The position numbers and the translations under genes were made by a program. Shown in pieces: positions 20,734-31,705 of a stretch of DNA of 64,000 nt. How positions within the stretch are numbered: position 1 is the first letter of the stretch; every line of letters begins with the position of its first letter. The stretch is taken from NCBI GenBank assembly GCA_965205675.1, contig OZ242186.1:256001-320000 (forward strand). The letters run 5' to 3'. The stretch is from Nitrosopumilus sp. (lineage in GTDB: Archaea > Thermoproteota > Nitrososphaeria > Nitrososphaerales > Nitrosopumilaceae). The notes beneath the pieces were generated by a model. It had not been told where the DNA came from. It ran no database searches and was given only the letters and a program-made list of their open reading frames with translations.

Positions 20734-20955
20734 TTATCTGCAGAAAAATTCACTGCCTGTACCCTTGTACAGTATAAAATATTCATCTTGATTTTTTCTG
20801 TCTTTTTTTGCATTTAGAGCGTCTTGATACATTTCAAAATGCTCTATCATATACAATTGATTACCTGGCTCTGCAAAATAATCAATGCCAATTAAATCAA
20901 ATCCTGTTTCGGGAGTTAACTTGATCTTTTCATCCTCAAAAATATCTTTAGTCAA
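20734..20955 (-). CDS. Small hypothetical protein
   Basis: 73-aa ORF co-oriented downstream of TBP. Confidence 0.6.
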   Translation of the reverse strand: MTKDIFEDEKIKLTPETGFDLIGIDYFAEPGNQLYMIEHFEMYQDALNAKKDRKNQDEYFILYKGTGSEFFCR

Positions 20956-20973
20956 TTTCTAAAATAATCAAAA

Positions 20974-21537
<564 letters not shown>

Positions 21538-21602
21538 GACGAGGGACTTTATATATGACCTTTATATATACTAGTCAAATTTTCCTGAGATTTTTTTATT
21601 TT

Positions 21603-22058
21603 CTAATGATGTCCTATCCATTGATAACGATATTCTTCATCTATGATATCTGATACTATCTCTTTGTTTTTGATTTTAGTTTTTGGAATCTCTACATCAA
21701 AGAATCCTAATTGACCTTTCCACGGAATTGGAATTCTAAATAATTTTGGATTCTTTAACATGAATCCAAATGTTTTATTTTGAAAATCTTTTTCTGCATG
21801 ATGAAATTTTTTATCTTCTCTGATCTTTTTTTTTGAATCATATTTTTTCACATCATAAAGTTCAGCTTTTCCTACAATTCTACCCACTACAAATTTTTTA
21901 TCGATTTTTAATCGTTTAACATCTTTTGTTCTAATCTTTAATGGTGCATGAACTAAAAATTCCCCGCGAAAGTTAGTATTCCAACTGCGTAATTCTATGG
22001 TTTTTTTGCCTGAAATAATTAGATCAGCAAATGGCTGAGATACTGAAAGACATTTCAA
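21603..22058 (-). CDS. ASCH domain protein
   Basis: LSVSQPFADLIISGKKTIELRSW, GQLGFF. Confidence 0.9.
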   Translation of the reverse strand: MKCLSVSQPFADLIISGKKTIELRSWNTNFRGEFLVHAPLKIRTKDVKRLKIDKKFVVGRIVGKAELYDVKKYDSKKKIREDKKFHHAEKDFQNKTFGFMLKNPKLFRIPIPWKGQLGFFDVEIPKTKIKNKEIVSDIIDEEYRYQWIGHH

Positions 22059-22062
22059 GTTC

Positions 22063-23613
22063 TTATTCTTTGGCTATCTGAATATATTCACTAGGATTTT
22101 TGCTTTGTCCTTCAGGCAGATTCGTAATTCCCCCATTCAAACTTTCAGTTACTATCCCTTTACTTGCAAGTACTTGAGCAGCCATCAATGATGTATTTCC
22201 CGCCATACAAATTAACAGTGATTTACCTTTAGAACCATCTAGCTCTTTACTGAATTCATCAGAAAGTTGTTGCGTTGATAATAATTGATTAACGGTACTT
22301 GCTTTTGGTATTGAAATTTTCTCTTTATCTACTCCTAAAGATTTAGCAATCATTTCAATCCCTTCCTCTTTTGGTGTATATTGAGTGTGAACCCAGATTA
22401 TTTTATCATATTCCTGAACACTTGATGATGCTTCATCTAATGAGACCTGGATACGTTGATTATTTGACATTGCTTCTAGATTTTTCCTATACTTCTCTAT
22501 GCCGTCAGCAACTACGACTATAAATTTACCCTTATCTCCATCACTGAGCATTTCTAAAACAGAATACAATGCAAGTGCTGTACTCTCACCAATATTGTGA
22601 CCTTTATCTACAAAGAATTTGAGCAAGTGCTTTGCTTGTCCAAAATCTACTTCATGCTCTGCTGCATAGGCGTCTGGATTGTACAACTTTAAACCATCAG
22701 CTTTATCCTTTGTTCTAATTCCTGCAACATCTTGACCTGCAGGCGGAAATACTACATGTATTGCTTTTTTCCCGTATTTTTCATTCATGTATCTACTTAG
22801 CCCTCCTGATGTGCCACCTGTTCCAAATGCACACATTATTCTATAGTCTTTTAGAGAATCTTCTTTTTCTTCTAACTGTTGTTCAATTTCTACTGCTGTA
22901 ACTCTTTGGTGTGCATCGATGTTTAATTCATTATCATATTGTTCTGGACAAAAACATCCATAGATTTTTGCAAGTAATTTTGCTAAATTAATAATATCTT
23001 GTGCTGCAAGTAGTGTTTCAATTTCAGAAATTGAATTGTCATAAATTGTAAGATCAAAACCTAATTCTGCAAGCTGAGAACGGACATTGCCTGCAGTAGC
23101 TTTGGCCTTTAGTACATCAGCATCACTGTCTTTCATTCCAGGTGCAGGACAAATATCCATATCCAAATCCATTATTTGGATATTTTCATTTCTTAGTTCT
23201 TTAAACACTCCTTCTTGTAATTTCCTTGAAACAAGTGAGATCACTGTTAATCCAAGTTTTGCCATTTGTCCTAAAGCAATTCCGAAATTACCTGATGTTG
23301 CTTCAATGATTGTTTGATCGCTTTTCAATTTGCCTGTCTTGATAGCATCATGCATAATGTGAATTGCTGGTCTAACTTTGATTGATCCAGTTAGTAAGTT
23401 AGCATCAAATTTTCCATAAACTTTCAAATCTAAATCTGACATGTCTAGTTTGTAGATACTTTTTGCACATTCTATGAGATCACTTGTAAGATCAACTAAT
23501 GGTGTTGCATTGACTACTTTATCACCATCTAAATGTGGTATCTTATTCCAAATTTCCCGTTCAAATTTTTCAAGTAGAGGTTTATCGATATCGTTTTCTG
23601 ATATGTTTTGCAT
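22063..23613 (-). CDS. PLP-dependent cysteine-synthase-family enzyme with C-terminal rhodanese-like domain
   Basis: TGSIK (PLP Lys), EATSGNFGIA, GTGGT; C-terminal LICMAGNTS...SLNGGI. Confidence 0.8.
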   Translation of the reverse strand: MQNISENDIDKPLLEKFEREIWNKIPHLDGDKVVNATPLVDLTSDLIECAKSIYKLDMSDLDLKVYGKFDANLLTGSIKVRPAIHIMHDAIKTGKLKSDQTIIEATSGNFGIALGQMAKLGLTVISLVSRKLQEGVFKELRNENIQIMDLDMDICPAPGMKDSDADVLKAKATAGNVRSQLAELGFDLTIYDNSISEIETLLAAQDIINLAKLLAKIYGCFCPEQYDNELNIDAHQRVTAVEIEQQLEEKEDSLKDYRIMCAFGTGGTSGGLSRYMNEKYGKKAIHVVFPPAGQDVAGIRTKDKADGLKLYNPDAYAAEHEVDFGQAKHLLKFFVDKGHNIGESTALALYSVLEMLSDGDKGKFIVVVADGIEKYRKNLEAMSNNQRIQVSLDEASSSVQEYDKIIWVHTQYTPKEEGIEMIAKSLGVDKEKISIPKASTVNQLLSTQQLSDEFSKELDGSKGKSLLICMAGNTSLMAAQVLASKGIVTESLNGGITNLPEGQSKNPSEYIQIAKE

Positions 23614-23663
23614 CTAAATGCCATCAATATTTTACTCATATAAAATATCCTAATGTTTTAATT

Positions 23664-25226
23664 CTATATTTTTAAAATACTCATAACTTTATTTGGAATA
23701 TCATTTAATCTGCTAACTGCCATTGTTTTTTCATATCCCAAATGTCTTAGATTATTTGCTATTGCTGTAGACCTTACCGTGTTTGGACCTAATCCTAAGG
23801 CAACCATATTAATTTCTAATCCTTTAAATGATTTGATCATATTTCTGACTGCGTCCGGATCCGTTGGTTCTCCATCAGTTAGTGTCAAAAAAATATCTGG
23901 TCTTTTTGACTGTAAAATTGGGAACATTTTATCATATACTTCAGCTAGTGGCGTTGAACCATTGGCAACAATCCGTGCTAATCTTTTAGCTGTAATACTA
24001 TTCCATTTTACATTTTCTAGTTTAATTGACCAACATACCATTGCTCTATTTTCAGTACTAAATGCATAAACTGCAAATTTTACCTTAAGAAAAGATAATA
24101 CTTCACAAAGTGCCAATGTTGCTTTTTTGTATTCTATTGCATCAGGTGCAATACTGGATGAGTGATCTAATAATATCACAATCTTTGTTTTAATTGATTT
24201 TCTGATATCTGTAAAAAACGGTCTATGACCATCGATATAATTCTCTTCATCAAATTCATCTCCTGATCTTAAATGTTGTTCTTTCCATCCTGATTTCCAC
24301 TCTTTGAATTTCATTTTTAATCCATTTATCAGACTCATGTCGTAGATTGTTGTTTCATCAATATTTCTTGTTGATGGAACTTGAATTCCTATTGTTTCAG
24401 CTGTCAATCCTTTATTTTCTGTTTTCTTATTTTCGTCTAACAATACTTTGTATTCGTCATAAACATCCTGTCCACTTATAACTGATTTTGGATCAACTGT
24501 TCCTAAATCACCCTCTTTAGTTTTTGAAATTATTTTTAGCACTTTTAGTAGTTCTTCTGTTGATAATGCCATTCCAGCTTTCATAAAAGGTAGAGATACT
24601 GGAATTGTTAGAAGAGAATCAATATCTAATATTTTGATTATTTCACTTACATGTTTTTCAATCCATTCTGTATCTTGATTTTTTTTTATTGATTGACTAA
24701 CAATTTTTTTTGCAAATATTGATGCTTTTTTTATTTTTTCAAAATTACTTTTTTGTATGTCTCCTTTAATTGCACCAAACATAAAATATTGATAAAATGC
24801 CTCTACAATTCTTGCTTTACCATAAACTGTGTGCAATTGTGGTCTTGCAACAAGCATGTAGGTATAATTAAAAATTATCTCAGTGTCCATGCCTCTCCAA
24901 ATTTTTCTTCCCAATTTCTCAATTCTTTGAGTTTCCATAGTGTTAAGAATAAATCCAAATGCATGATCATCGCTGAGAATTTTCTGACAGTATTTCATTC
25001 TCATGGCTTCATACCATAATGAAGTTCTAAACTGTCGATATTTTTGAAAATCATCTCCAATTCTTTTTTCCAATGGAGTTAGAATTATTTTCTTTTCTTT
25101 TAATCTGGTCTTAGTTTCGACTTTATCTGAAATTTCTATTATAGCGTTATCTTTTTCAGACCATCTTCTAACTAGAAATGTTCCAATCTCTATTAGAGAA
25201 TCATTTTGGAGTTGAATTGTTTGCAT
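23664..25226 (-). CDS. VWA-domain protein (NorD/CbbO-like partner)
   Basis: C-terminal MIDAS: LLDHSSS, GSTP, LTDGEP. Confidence 0.85.
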   Translation of the reverse strand: MQTIQLQNDSLIEIGTFLVRRWSEKDNAIIEISDKVETKTRLKEKKIILTPLEKRIGDDFQKYRQFRTSLWYEAMRMKYCQKILSDDHAFGFILNTMETQRIEKLGRKIWRGMDTEIIFNYTYMLVARPQLHTVYGKARIVEAFYQYFMFGAIKGDIQKSNFEKIKKASIFAKKIVSQSIKKNQDTEWIEKHVSEIIKILDIDSLLTIPVSLPFMKAGMALSTEELLKVLKIISKTKEGDLGTVDPKSVISGQDVYDEYKVLLDENKKTENKGLTAETIGIQVPSTRNIDETTIYDMSLINGLKMKFKEWKSGWKEQHLRSGDEFDEENYIDGHRPFFTDIRKSIKTKIVILLDHSSSIAPDAIEYKKATLALCEVLSFLKVKFAVYAFSTENRAMVCWSIKLENVKWNSITAKRLARIVANGSTPLAEVYDKMFPILQSKRPDIFLTLTDGEPTDPDAVRNMIKSFKGLEINMVALGLGPNTVRSTAIANNLRHLGYEKTMAVSRLNDIPNKVMSILKI

Positions 25227-26042
25227 TTAGTTTCCAAACATTGAAGTTATGATGTCACTTACTTTTTGATATTCAATAGTTCCCCATTGCATGTATACAT
25301 TTCCAAAAACAATCTCTGCTGCTTTTCTTGGTGGCATTTCTTTATCTAATAATTTTCCAAAAGCAATGGTTTCCCTCAAGCTAGGCGAATAAAATAATTC
25401 TTCAACAGCGGCTGCTTGTCTTAATGTGTTTGCTAGTTTTATTGCTTGAATTATCTCAGATTCATAATTTTCTGAAACATGTTTTTTTACAATTTCTAAT
25501 TCTATATCTTCTGGCGGATATTCTAATCTAATTCGTACTGGAAATCTACTTAGTAATTGTGGTGGCAATTCTTTGGTTCCACTATGTGTTAGTGGATTAA
25601 TTGTTGCAACTACAAACCAGTTTTCTTTTGCTCTAATTGTTTCTCCAGTTGATTCTTTTAACACAATTTGACGTCTATCATCTAATGCCTCATCTAATCT
25701 GAGCAATACATCTGCTTCTGCTGAATTAATTTCATCTAGGTAAAGCATTTCTCCGGTTCTCATTGATTTGACTAGTAATCCTTCATCAAATTTGACGGTT
25801 CCATCTGTCAGCGTTTTGGTTCCAATCAAATGACTTTCTCTAGTTCTAAGACTGAAATTAATTGATTCTAAATTGATATTCTTATTTTTAGCAAAATCTC
25901 TCACTAGAGATGTCTTCCCAGTTCCTTTTGGGCCTATAATGAGCACAAAAAGACCTGTTTCGTATGCTTTGTTTAGTATTTCATTAGAATTATTCCAATC
26001 AAGATATTGTGCTTCTTCCAAAGTATGTTTTGATTGATTCAA
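25227..26042 (-). CDS. MoxR/CbbQ/NirQ-family AAA+ ATPase
   Basis: GPKGTGKT, LYLDEIN, VVATINP, LLSRF, PSLRE. Confidence 0.9.
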   Translation of the reverse strand: MNQSKHTLEEAQYLDWNNSNEILNKAYETGLFVLIIGPKGTGKTSLVRDFAKNKNINLESINFSLRTRESHLIGTKTLTDGTVKFDEGLLVKSMRTGEMLYLDEINSAEADVLLRLDEALDDRRQIVLKESTGETIRAKENWFVVATINPLTHSGTKELPPQLLSRFPVRIRLEYPPEDIELEIVKKHVSENYESEIIQAIKLANTLRQAAAVEELFYSPSLRETIAFGKLLDKEMPPRKAAEIVFGNVYMQWGTIEYQKVSDIITSMFGN

Positions 26043-26062
26043 ACGATATTTAACATTAGATC

Positions 26063-27520
26063 TTATTTCCCAAATGCTTCTACTTTGGTAAATGCCGCAT
26101 CCATTCTCTGATGAAGTGTTTTATTCCACTCATCAAATCCCGATGGATCTTTTGGATACTCATTGTAATGTTCTACCAACCACTGGTTTTCTTTTGATGT
26201 GTATCGCAATCCATCTGCAACTGTTTTATTCATTACGCCTCTGATAAGCATTCCAAGTTTTCCTAATCCTGAAAAGTCAGGATGCTCACCTTTACTAATT
26301 GACTCTACATCCATATTTCCTAAGAAATGTTTCATACCATAACTGATTTGTTCGTTTGTCATTTGTTGCACTAATCTTCTAAACAGCTCAAGTCCTGCTG
26401 TTTTATATCCATACTCTTTAATGAAATCTAAATTATATTGCCATAGTCCTGCTTCTGAAATGTCGTTTGCTTCTAGGGCTTGTGCAACATTGTTTCCAAG
26501 AATTGTACCTGCAATTAATGCTGGTCCTATTCCACCTGCATCAATTGGTTTTGGCATCCATGCAGAATCTCCAATCATCATATATCCACCTGATACCATA
26601 CAATCGTTTTGTCTTCTAACTGAAACTTGGAATACTCCTGAATTATTGTTAATGTCTTGGGGTTCTTCTGATAATTTTGCATTTTTGATTGCAGTGTTTC
26701 TATAAAGATACTCTTTCATCAGTGATTCAACATTATCTTTTTTACCCAATCTCTTGTTTCTTTTATCCAAAAGAGATTTCTCAACTCCTAACCCAATGTT
26801 AACTTTGGTCTCCCCTTTTGGAAATACCCAGCCATATCCACCTGGAGCAATGTCTTGATCTAAATGAATAATACAATAATCTGGATCAAATTCTGTTAGG
26901 TTATTTTCTCCTTTTTCAAAATGCATAATGTATCTTCCAGTTGATTCCAAATCCCTTCTGTCGATTCTTTTTTCCACTTTAGTAGAATTTTGAAGACCGT
27001 TTCTTAGCATAGATGTAACGCCTGTAGCGTCAATTACAATTTTTGATGTTTTCTTGAATGGTTGTTTTGTTTTATTATCCACTCCTTGTATTCCAACTAC
27101 TTGCTGTCCCTCGTAAATTAACCCTGTTAGATTAATTTCATATTCAAATTCTATTCCCATTTTTTTACATCTTTGATTTTGAATTTCTGGTAGTCTTTGA
27201 CGATTTAACATAAATCCATCACCATCAAATGGAATTGCAGTTTCTGAATCTGGTGAGAATGCCATAACCCCTTTTACGTCATGTTCAATTTCTGGTTTGG
27301 TCCATTCTACTTTGATTCTCTTTGACATAAAATCGACTGCTTCTTTAGAGCATGCATCTCCACATACCCATCCTGCTAATGATTTTCGACCTGGTAAAAA
27401 TTCAGTGTTTCTGTCAACTACTAGAATTTTTAAATTTTGATTTGAGTAATGAGAAATAGCTTGTGCTGTAATAGTGCCCGCGAGACCTCCACCTGCGATT
27501 ATAACATCATAATCTGCCAC
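26063..27520 (-). CDS. Geranylgeranyl reductase-family FAD oxidoreductase
   Basis: GGGLAG, PGGYGWVFPKG, IGDSA...PIDAGGI. Confidence 0.88.
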   Translation of the reverse strand: MADYDVIIAGGGLAGTITAQAISHYSNQNLKILVVDRNTEFLPGRKSLAGWVCGDACSKEAVDFMSKRIKVEWTKPEIEHDVKGVMAFSPDSETAIPFDGDGFMLNRQRLPEIQNQRCKKMGIEFEYEINLTGLIYEGQQVVGIQGVDNKTKQPFKKTSKIVIDATGVTSMLRNGLQNSTKVEKRIDRRDLESTGRYIMHFEKGENNLTEFDPDYCIIHLDQDIAPGGYGWVFPKGETKVNIGLGVEKSLLDKRNKRLGKKDNVESLMKEYLYRNTAIKNAKLSEEPQDINNNSGVFQVSVRRQNDCMVSGGYMMIGDSAWMPKPIDAGGIGPALIAGTILGNNVAQALEANDISEAGLWQYNLDFIKEYGYKTAGLELFRRLVQQMTNEQISYGMKHFLGNMDVESISKGEHPDFSGLGKLGMLIRGVMNKTVADGLRYTSKENQWLVEHYNEYPKDPSGFDEWNKTLHQRMDAAFTKVEAFGK

Positions 27521-27606
27521 GATATTGGGGTTTGTCTATCAGTATTTAAAATAATGCCATGAAATAGTCTATAAAACCAATTTCTAAAAATTATTGATCG
27601 ATAAAA

Positions 27607-27675
27607 GGGGTCGGTTCGTCGCGGCCTCTTCAAAGCTTTTGCTCAGACTGGAGCGGCTGTTATTTCCTCATTCCC
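27607..27675 (-). ncRNA. Probable C/D-box guide sRNA
   Basis: Minus strand: ggga-ATGAGGA (C), guide, CTGA (D'), TGAAGA (C'), guide, CCGA (D)-cccc; GC-rich island in an AT-rich spacer. Confidence 0.65.
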
Positions 27676-27706
27676 AAATTGAGTAGCTTGTTTATTCCTA
27701 TTTAAT

Positions 27707-28135
27707 CTAGTTGGCAGCTTGAAAAATTTCTGTAAATGTTTTGACTGTGTCTTTTTTGTTGTAAATGGGAGTATGAATTTTTAATTTTACTGTATCTTCT
27801 CCTCCAACTGTTAGATTCCCTTTGATCAATTCCTGCTTGCCTAGTCTCATATGAAATCTAGAATCTACTGTTCGTTCCTCAATTTCTTCAACTAACTTAT
27901 CTATTTGTTTTACTGGTAATAGTTTTAGTATTTTCTTCATCAGTTCTTGAGCCTGTTTTTTTACAATATTTGCTTTTAACATAATTATTGGATTTTCATA
28001 ATGTCCTTCTACTTTTGCAATAACAAAATCCGCTTCTTTTAGATTTAAAATATTCTCAAAGGCTTGAAAGATTTTTGAAATGTCTTCTGTTGCATGAACA
28101 ATTACATCAATTGTAATTTCAATCTTATTTGCCAT
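27707..28135 (-). CDS. RNA-binding protein (DUF54-like, exosome superoperon type)
   Basis: VHATED...GHYENPI...RLGKQ motifs. Confidence 0.8.
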   Translation of the reverse strand: MANKIEITIDVIVHATEDISKIFQAFENILNLKEADFVIAKVEGHYENPIIMLKANIVKKQAQELMKKILKLLPVKQIDKLVEEIEERTVDSRFHMRLGKQELIKGNLTVGGEDTVKLKIHTPIYNKKDTVKTFTEIFQAAN

Positions 28136-28161
28136 GATTGTAAAAGAATAATTTTTGTTGG

Positions 28162-28773
28162 TTATGCTTCTAGTAATTTTGTTTCTTTATCTGCGGTTCT
28201 GATTAATTTTACTTTTTCTAGACCTACATGTCTTACTCTAATTACTTTCTTGAATGCTGCCATAATATCTGAGTTAATTTTACTGTAACATGTTGCTTGA
28301 ACAAATTGATCAATTGTCATCTCTGGAATTGTCTTGTTAATCACATCCCTGGCAATTAATCTGAGAGCATGTTGTCTAGATGTATTTAGCTGTCTGTGTG
28401 TTAAAGCAAGTAATTTAACTCTGAAAATATAGCCATCTTTTGTTTTAATATCTATAATAAAATTGATTTTTGATGAACCTCTTCTCACCAAACTACGTAA
28501 GAATTCTTTAGAGTATTCATATCTCTTGAAGATAGTTGATGCCTTATCTCCATCAACTTTGTTAATTTGGAAATAGATTTTGTATTGATGTTGTGAAGGA
28601 TCTCCTTTTAGAATATCATATAATGTAACTTCTAAAACTCTACCTGCTGTGTTTTCATCGTCTGTAATTGGAACATAGGCAATTGGGACATTGTTAAATG
28701 AATCTGGTGCATATGCTGTAACCCAGCGTTTTTCTCGCCACTTGTCCTTTACTCGACCTTTTCTACGTGCCAA
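28162..28773 (-). CDS. rps3ae: 30S ribosomal protein S3Ae (eS1)
   Basis: KDKWREKRW, GRVLEVTL, LRSLVRRG. Confidence 0.95.
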   Translation of the reverse strand: MARRKGRVKDKWREKRWVTAYAPDSFNNVPIAYVPITDDENTAGRVLEVTLYDILKGDPSQHQYKIYFQINKVDGDKASTIFKRYEYSKEFLRSLVRRGSSKINFIIDIKTKDGYIFRVKLLALTHRQLNTSRQHALRLIARDVINKTIPEMTIDQFVQATCYSKINSDIMAAFKKVIRVRHVGLEKVKLIRTADKETKLLEA

Positions 28774-28813
28774 TTATTAACGACCTTTGAACCCAAAATA
28801 TAAGGGTATATCA

Positions 28814-30079
28814 CTAGATCTCTTTTTGATTTCCCATGTAATTCTGTAAAACACTTGGAATTCTAATGTGTCCATCTTTAGTCTGGAAATTCTCCATTAT
28901 TGATACTAAAATTCTTGTTGTAGCAATCAGGGTACTGTTTAACGTATGTACGTATCGAGTATCTTCATTTGTTTTATCTCTAAATCTAATTTTCAATCGT
29001 CTTGCTTGATAATCTAAACAATTTGAACATGAAACAATTTCTCGATATGCGTTTTGTCCTGTCATCCAAGCTTCAATATCATATGTTTTTGCTGAAACCT
29101 TTCCCATGTCTCCAGTTGATAGTAACATCACTCTGTGAGGAATTTCCAAGTTTTGATAAAATTCTTCGGCAACTGTCAACATTCTTTCATGTTCCTTCCA
29201 GGAATCTTCAGGTCTTGAAAATACAAATTGTTCGATTTTATCAAACTGATGAACTCTGAAAATCCCTTTTTGATCTCGTCCGTGGGCGCCTGCTTCCTTT
29301 CTAAAACATGGACTAACTCCTGCATATCTTAAAGGCAAATCTTTTCCTTCTAGAATTTCTTTTGCTCTCATTGCTGCCATGGCATGCTCTGATGTTCCAA
29401 TCATGTATAGATCCTCATTTTCTATTTTGTAGATAACTTCTTCAAAATCATCTGCAATTACAGCTCCTTCCATGGATTCCCGATTAATCATGTATGGTGG
29501 TTGAACAAGTGAATATTCTTTTTTTGTTAGAAAATCTAATCCATAATGAATTAGTGATTGATTCAATCTCACAAGATCATTTTTCAGATAATAGAATCTG
29601 GCACCTGCTACTTTGGCAGCTCGTTCTAAATCTACCAAATCTAAATTCTCTGACATGTCTATATGATCATTTATTTTAAAATCAAAATTTGGAATATCTC
29701 CCCATTTTTTGATTTCTTTATTTGCGCTTTCATCTGTACCTACAGGAACTGATTCATGAACAAGGTTTGGGATAGTTAATGCTAATTTTGAATATATGCT
29801 CTCAATTGTACCTTGCTCTAATTCTAATTTTGTAAGGCTATCTGAAACTTTTTTCATTTCAGCTAAAATCGATGAGGTATCTTCTCCTGCTTTCTTTTTT
29901 TGAGAGATTTCTATAGCTACTTGATTTTTCTTTTTTCGTAATTCATCTGTTTTAATTATTAACTCACGTCTTTTCTGATCAGATTCAACTAATCCATCTA
30001 AATCAAAATCAACTGCCCTTGCTTTGAGCATATCTTGAATCATTTGTGGTTTTTCTTTGATTAGTTTTGGATCTAACAT
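28814..30079 (-). CDS. serS: Seryl-tRNA synthetase
   Basis: GTSEH, FRKEAG, RVHQFDKIE, EIVSCSNC, HTLNST. Confidence 0.97.
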   Translation of the reverse strand: MLDPKLIKEKPQMIQDMLKARAVDFDLDGLVESDQKRRELIIKTDELRKKKNQVAIEISQKKKAGEDTSSILAEMKKVSDSLTKLELEQGTIESIYSKLALTIPNLVHESVPVGTDESANKEIKKWGDIPNFDFKINDHIDMSENLDLVDLERAAKVAGARFYYLKNDLVRLNQSLIHYGLDFLTKKEYSLVQPPYMINRESMEGAVIADDFEEVIYKIENEDLYMIGTSEHAMAAMRAKEILEGKDLPLRYAGVSPCFRKEAGAHGRDQKGIFRVHQFDKIEQFVFSRPEDSWKEHERMLTVAEEFYQNLEIPHRVMLLSTGDMGKVSAKTYDIEAWMTGQNAYREIVSCSNCLDYQARRLKIRFRDKTNEDTRYVHTLNSTLIATTRILVSIMENFQTKDGHIRIPSVLQNYMGNQKEI

Positions 30080-30321
30080 TATTCTATCACCTTTAATGCA
30101 ACTTGGATATGTTCCATTACTTCATCAATTGTACTGGTTAACTGTTTCATATTCTTTTTACTTTGAAAATTAAAAACTAGTTTGTCATCAATATTTTCAA
30201 CATAAAGACTCAATCCCTCTGGAAAATCTACGTTGTCTGGCTCTAAGGCTTTTTTTACCGTTTTGGCTTTCTCTCTTGATATATTATTGAGAATTACCTG
30301 GACTTGACACATTAACGACAT
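30079..30321 (-). CDS. KEOPS subunit Pcc1-like protein
   Basis: ALEPDN motif, size, and position between serS and the DHH gene. Confidence 0.75.
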   Translation of the reverse strand: MSLMCQVQVILNNISREKAKTVKKALEPDNVDFPEGLSLYVENIDDKLVFNFQSKKNMKQLTSTIDEVMEHIQVALKVIE

Positions 30322-31705
30322 TTACTTCTAAATAGTTAAGAAATTCATCCAATTTGTCTTTAGTTATTTTTGCTCCCGCAGCAGCGTTATGACCTCCTCC
30401 GATACCATCAAATTTCTCAGCACCTGTTCTCATTATTTCACTTAGATTGATATCTGATTTGCATCCGAAAGCTTTTCTTGATGAGAATTTTATTGTATTC
30501 TCTTCTGCTTTGGTTCTCAATATTACAATTTTTCCTGAATTTTTTGGAGATCCTGCAATTAATGATGAAATTGTACCAGTCATTGTTTCTGGAACTACAT
30601 CTTCCCCATTTACCATGATACATGTCTCACTTTCTGAAATTCGCCATCTCTCATTTGATAAGATATTCATATATTCTCGAATCATTTTTCTATAATCTGT
30701 TAGAATAGTTTCAGCTTCTCTTAGCATCTTATTTCTATCTCCCATACATACTGCCATTCCAACTCCGGAACGATTAATCCTACCACATGAGTTTAACATG
30801 GTGGAAAATTCTCTTCCATCTCTCAAAAAACTTCTATTATCTTCTCTTGAAAATGTGTACGTATATCCAATTAATTCTGACATTATCTCAGTGGCATTTT
30901 TTCCAGCGGCAAATTTTGTAATTGATTCAATCACCAGTCTTTTTTCACCTTCATTTAGTTCTGCTGGAACTCTCCACCTCCCCTCTTCTTTAAGATCAAT
31001 TCCCGATGAATGTAGTAATGAAAGACATGTATCTCTATTCCAAGTCAATCCTTCAATAAATGGTTGTGATGTAAATGCTAAGGCATCAGCTAATGGCCTA
31101 GTTTCTCTTCCTACTAGTAGCAAATCTAAATCGATATCTACTAAACCCAACTCCTTTGCAGTATTGGCAATCTCAAAATTTTTACCTGTAAATGATTTTC
31201 TTTCTCCTTGGTCTTGTCTATCTCCTAGAGCAGATACAACTGCAATTGCAGACAAGTCTGAATTTCTTTCATCCATAGCTACAGATGCGAGATATGCCAT
31301 TCCTCCGGCACATATCGCAACTCCTCCATCAATTCCATATTTCCATGAATTAATGACATTTTGATTATCTATTTCTTCATCTGGAATTTGATGATGATCT
31401 AAAACTATCCAATTATCTCCTAATGTTTCATCCAACTCATTTGCAAAACCTCCTCCCAAATCCGTTATCACATGAAAATCTCTAGAATCCGTTTTCAACG
31501 ATTCTAGAACATTTTTACTAAATTCTTTTGATGTTCTAACTGTACAATTGGCGCCTGCTCTGATTAGGGCCTTGGTAATTATGCTTCCAGAAGTAAGTCC
31601 GTCACAATCAATATGAGTTGTAACAGAAATTGATTTTTTTGATTTTATACAATCTGAAATTTTATCTTTGAAAAATGAAAGTGATTCATCAAGTGATTTT
31701 GTCAT
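30284..31705 (-). CDS. DHH/DHHA1 RecJ-like phosphoesterase
   Basis: HIDCDG, DLG, LDHH, GGGHNAAAGA. Confidence 0.9.
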   Translation of the reverse strand: MTKSLDESLSFFKDKISDCIKSKKSISVTTHIDCDGLTSGSIITKALIRAGANCTVRTSKEFSKNVLESLKTDSRDFHVITDLGGGFANELDETLGDNWIVLDHHQIPDEEIDNQNVINSWKYGIDGGVAICAGGMAYLASVAMDERNSDLSAIAVVSALGDRQDQGERKSFTGKNFEIANTAKELGLVDIDLDLLLVGRETRPLADALAFTSQPFIEGLTWNRDTCLSLLHSSGIDLKEEGRWRVPAELNEGEKRLVIESITKFAAGKNATEIMSELIGYTYTFSREDNRSFLRDGREFSTMLNSCGRINRSGVGMAVCMGDRNKMLREAETILTDYRKMIREYMNILSNERWRISESETCIMVNGEDVVPETMTGTISSLIAGSPKNSGKIVILRTKAEENTIKFSSRKAFGCKSDINLSEIMRTGAEKFDGIGGGHNAAAGAKITKDKLDEFLNYLEVNVVNVSSPGNSQ

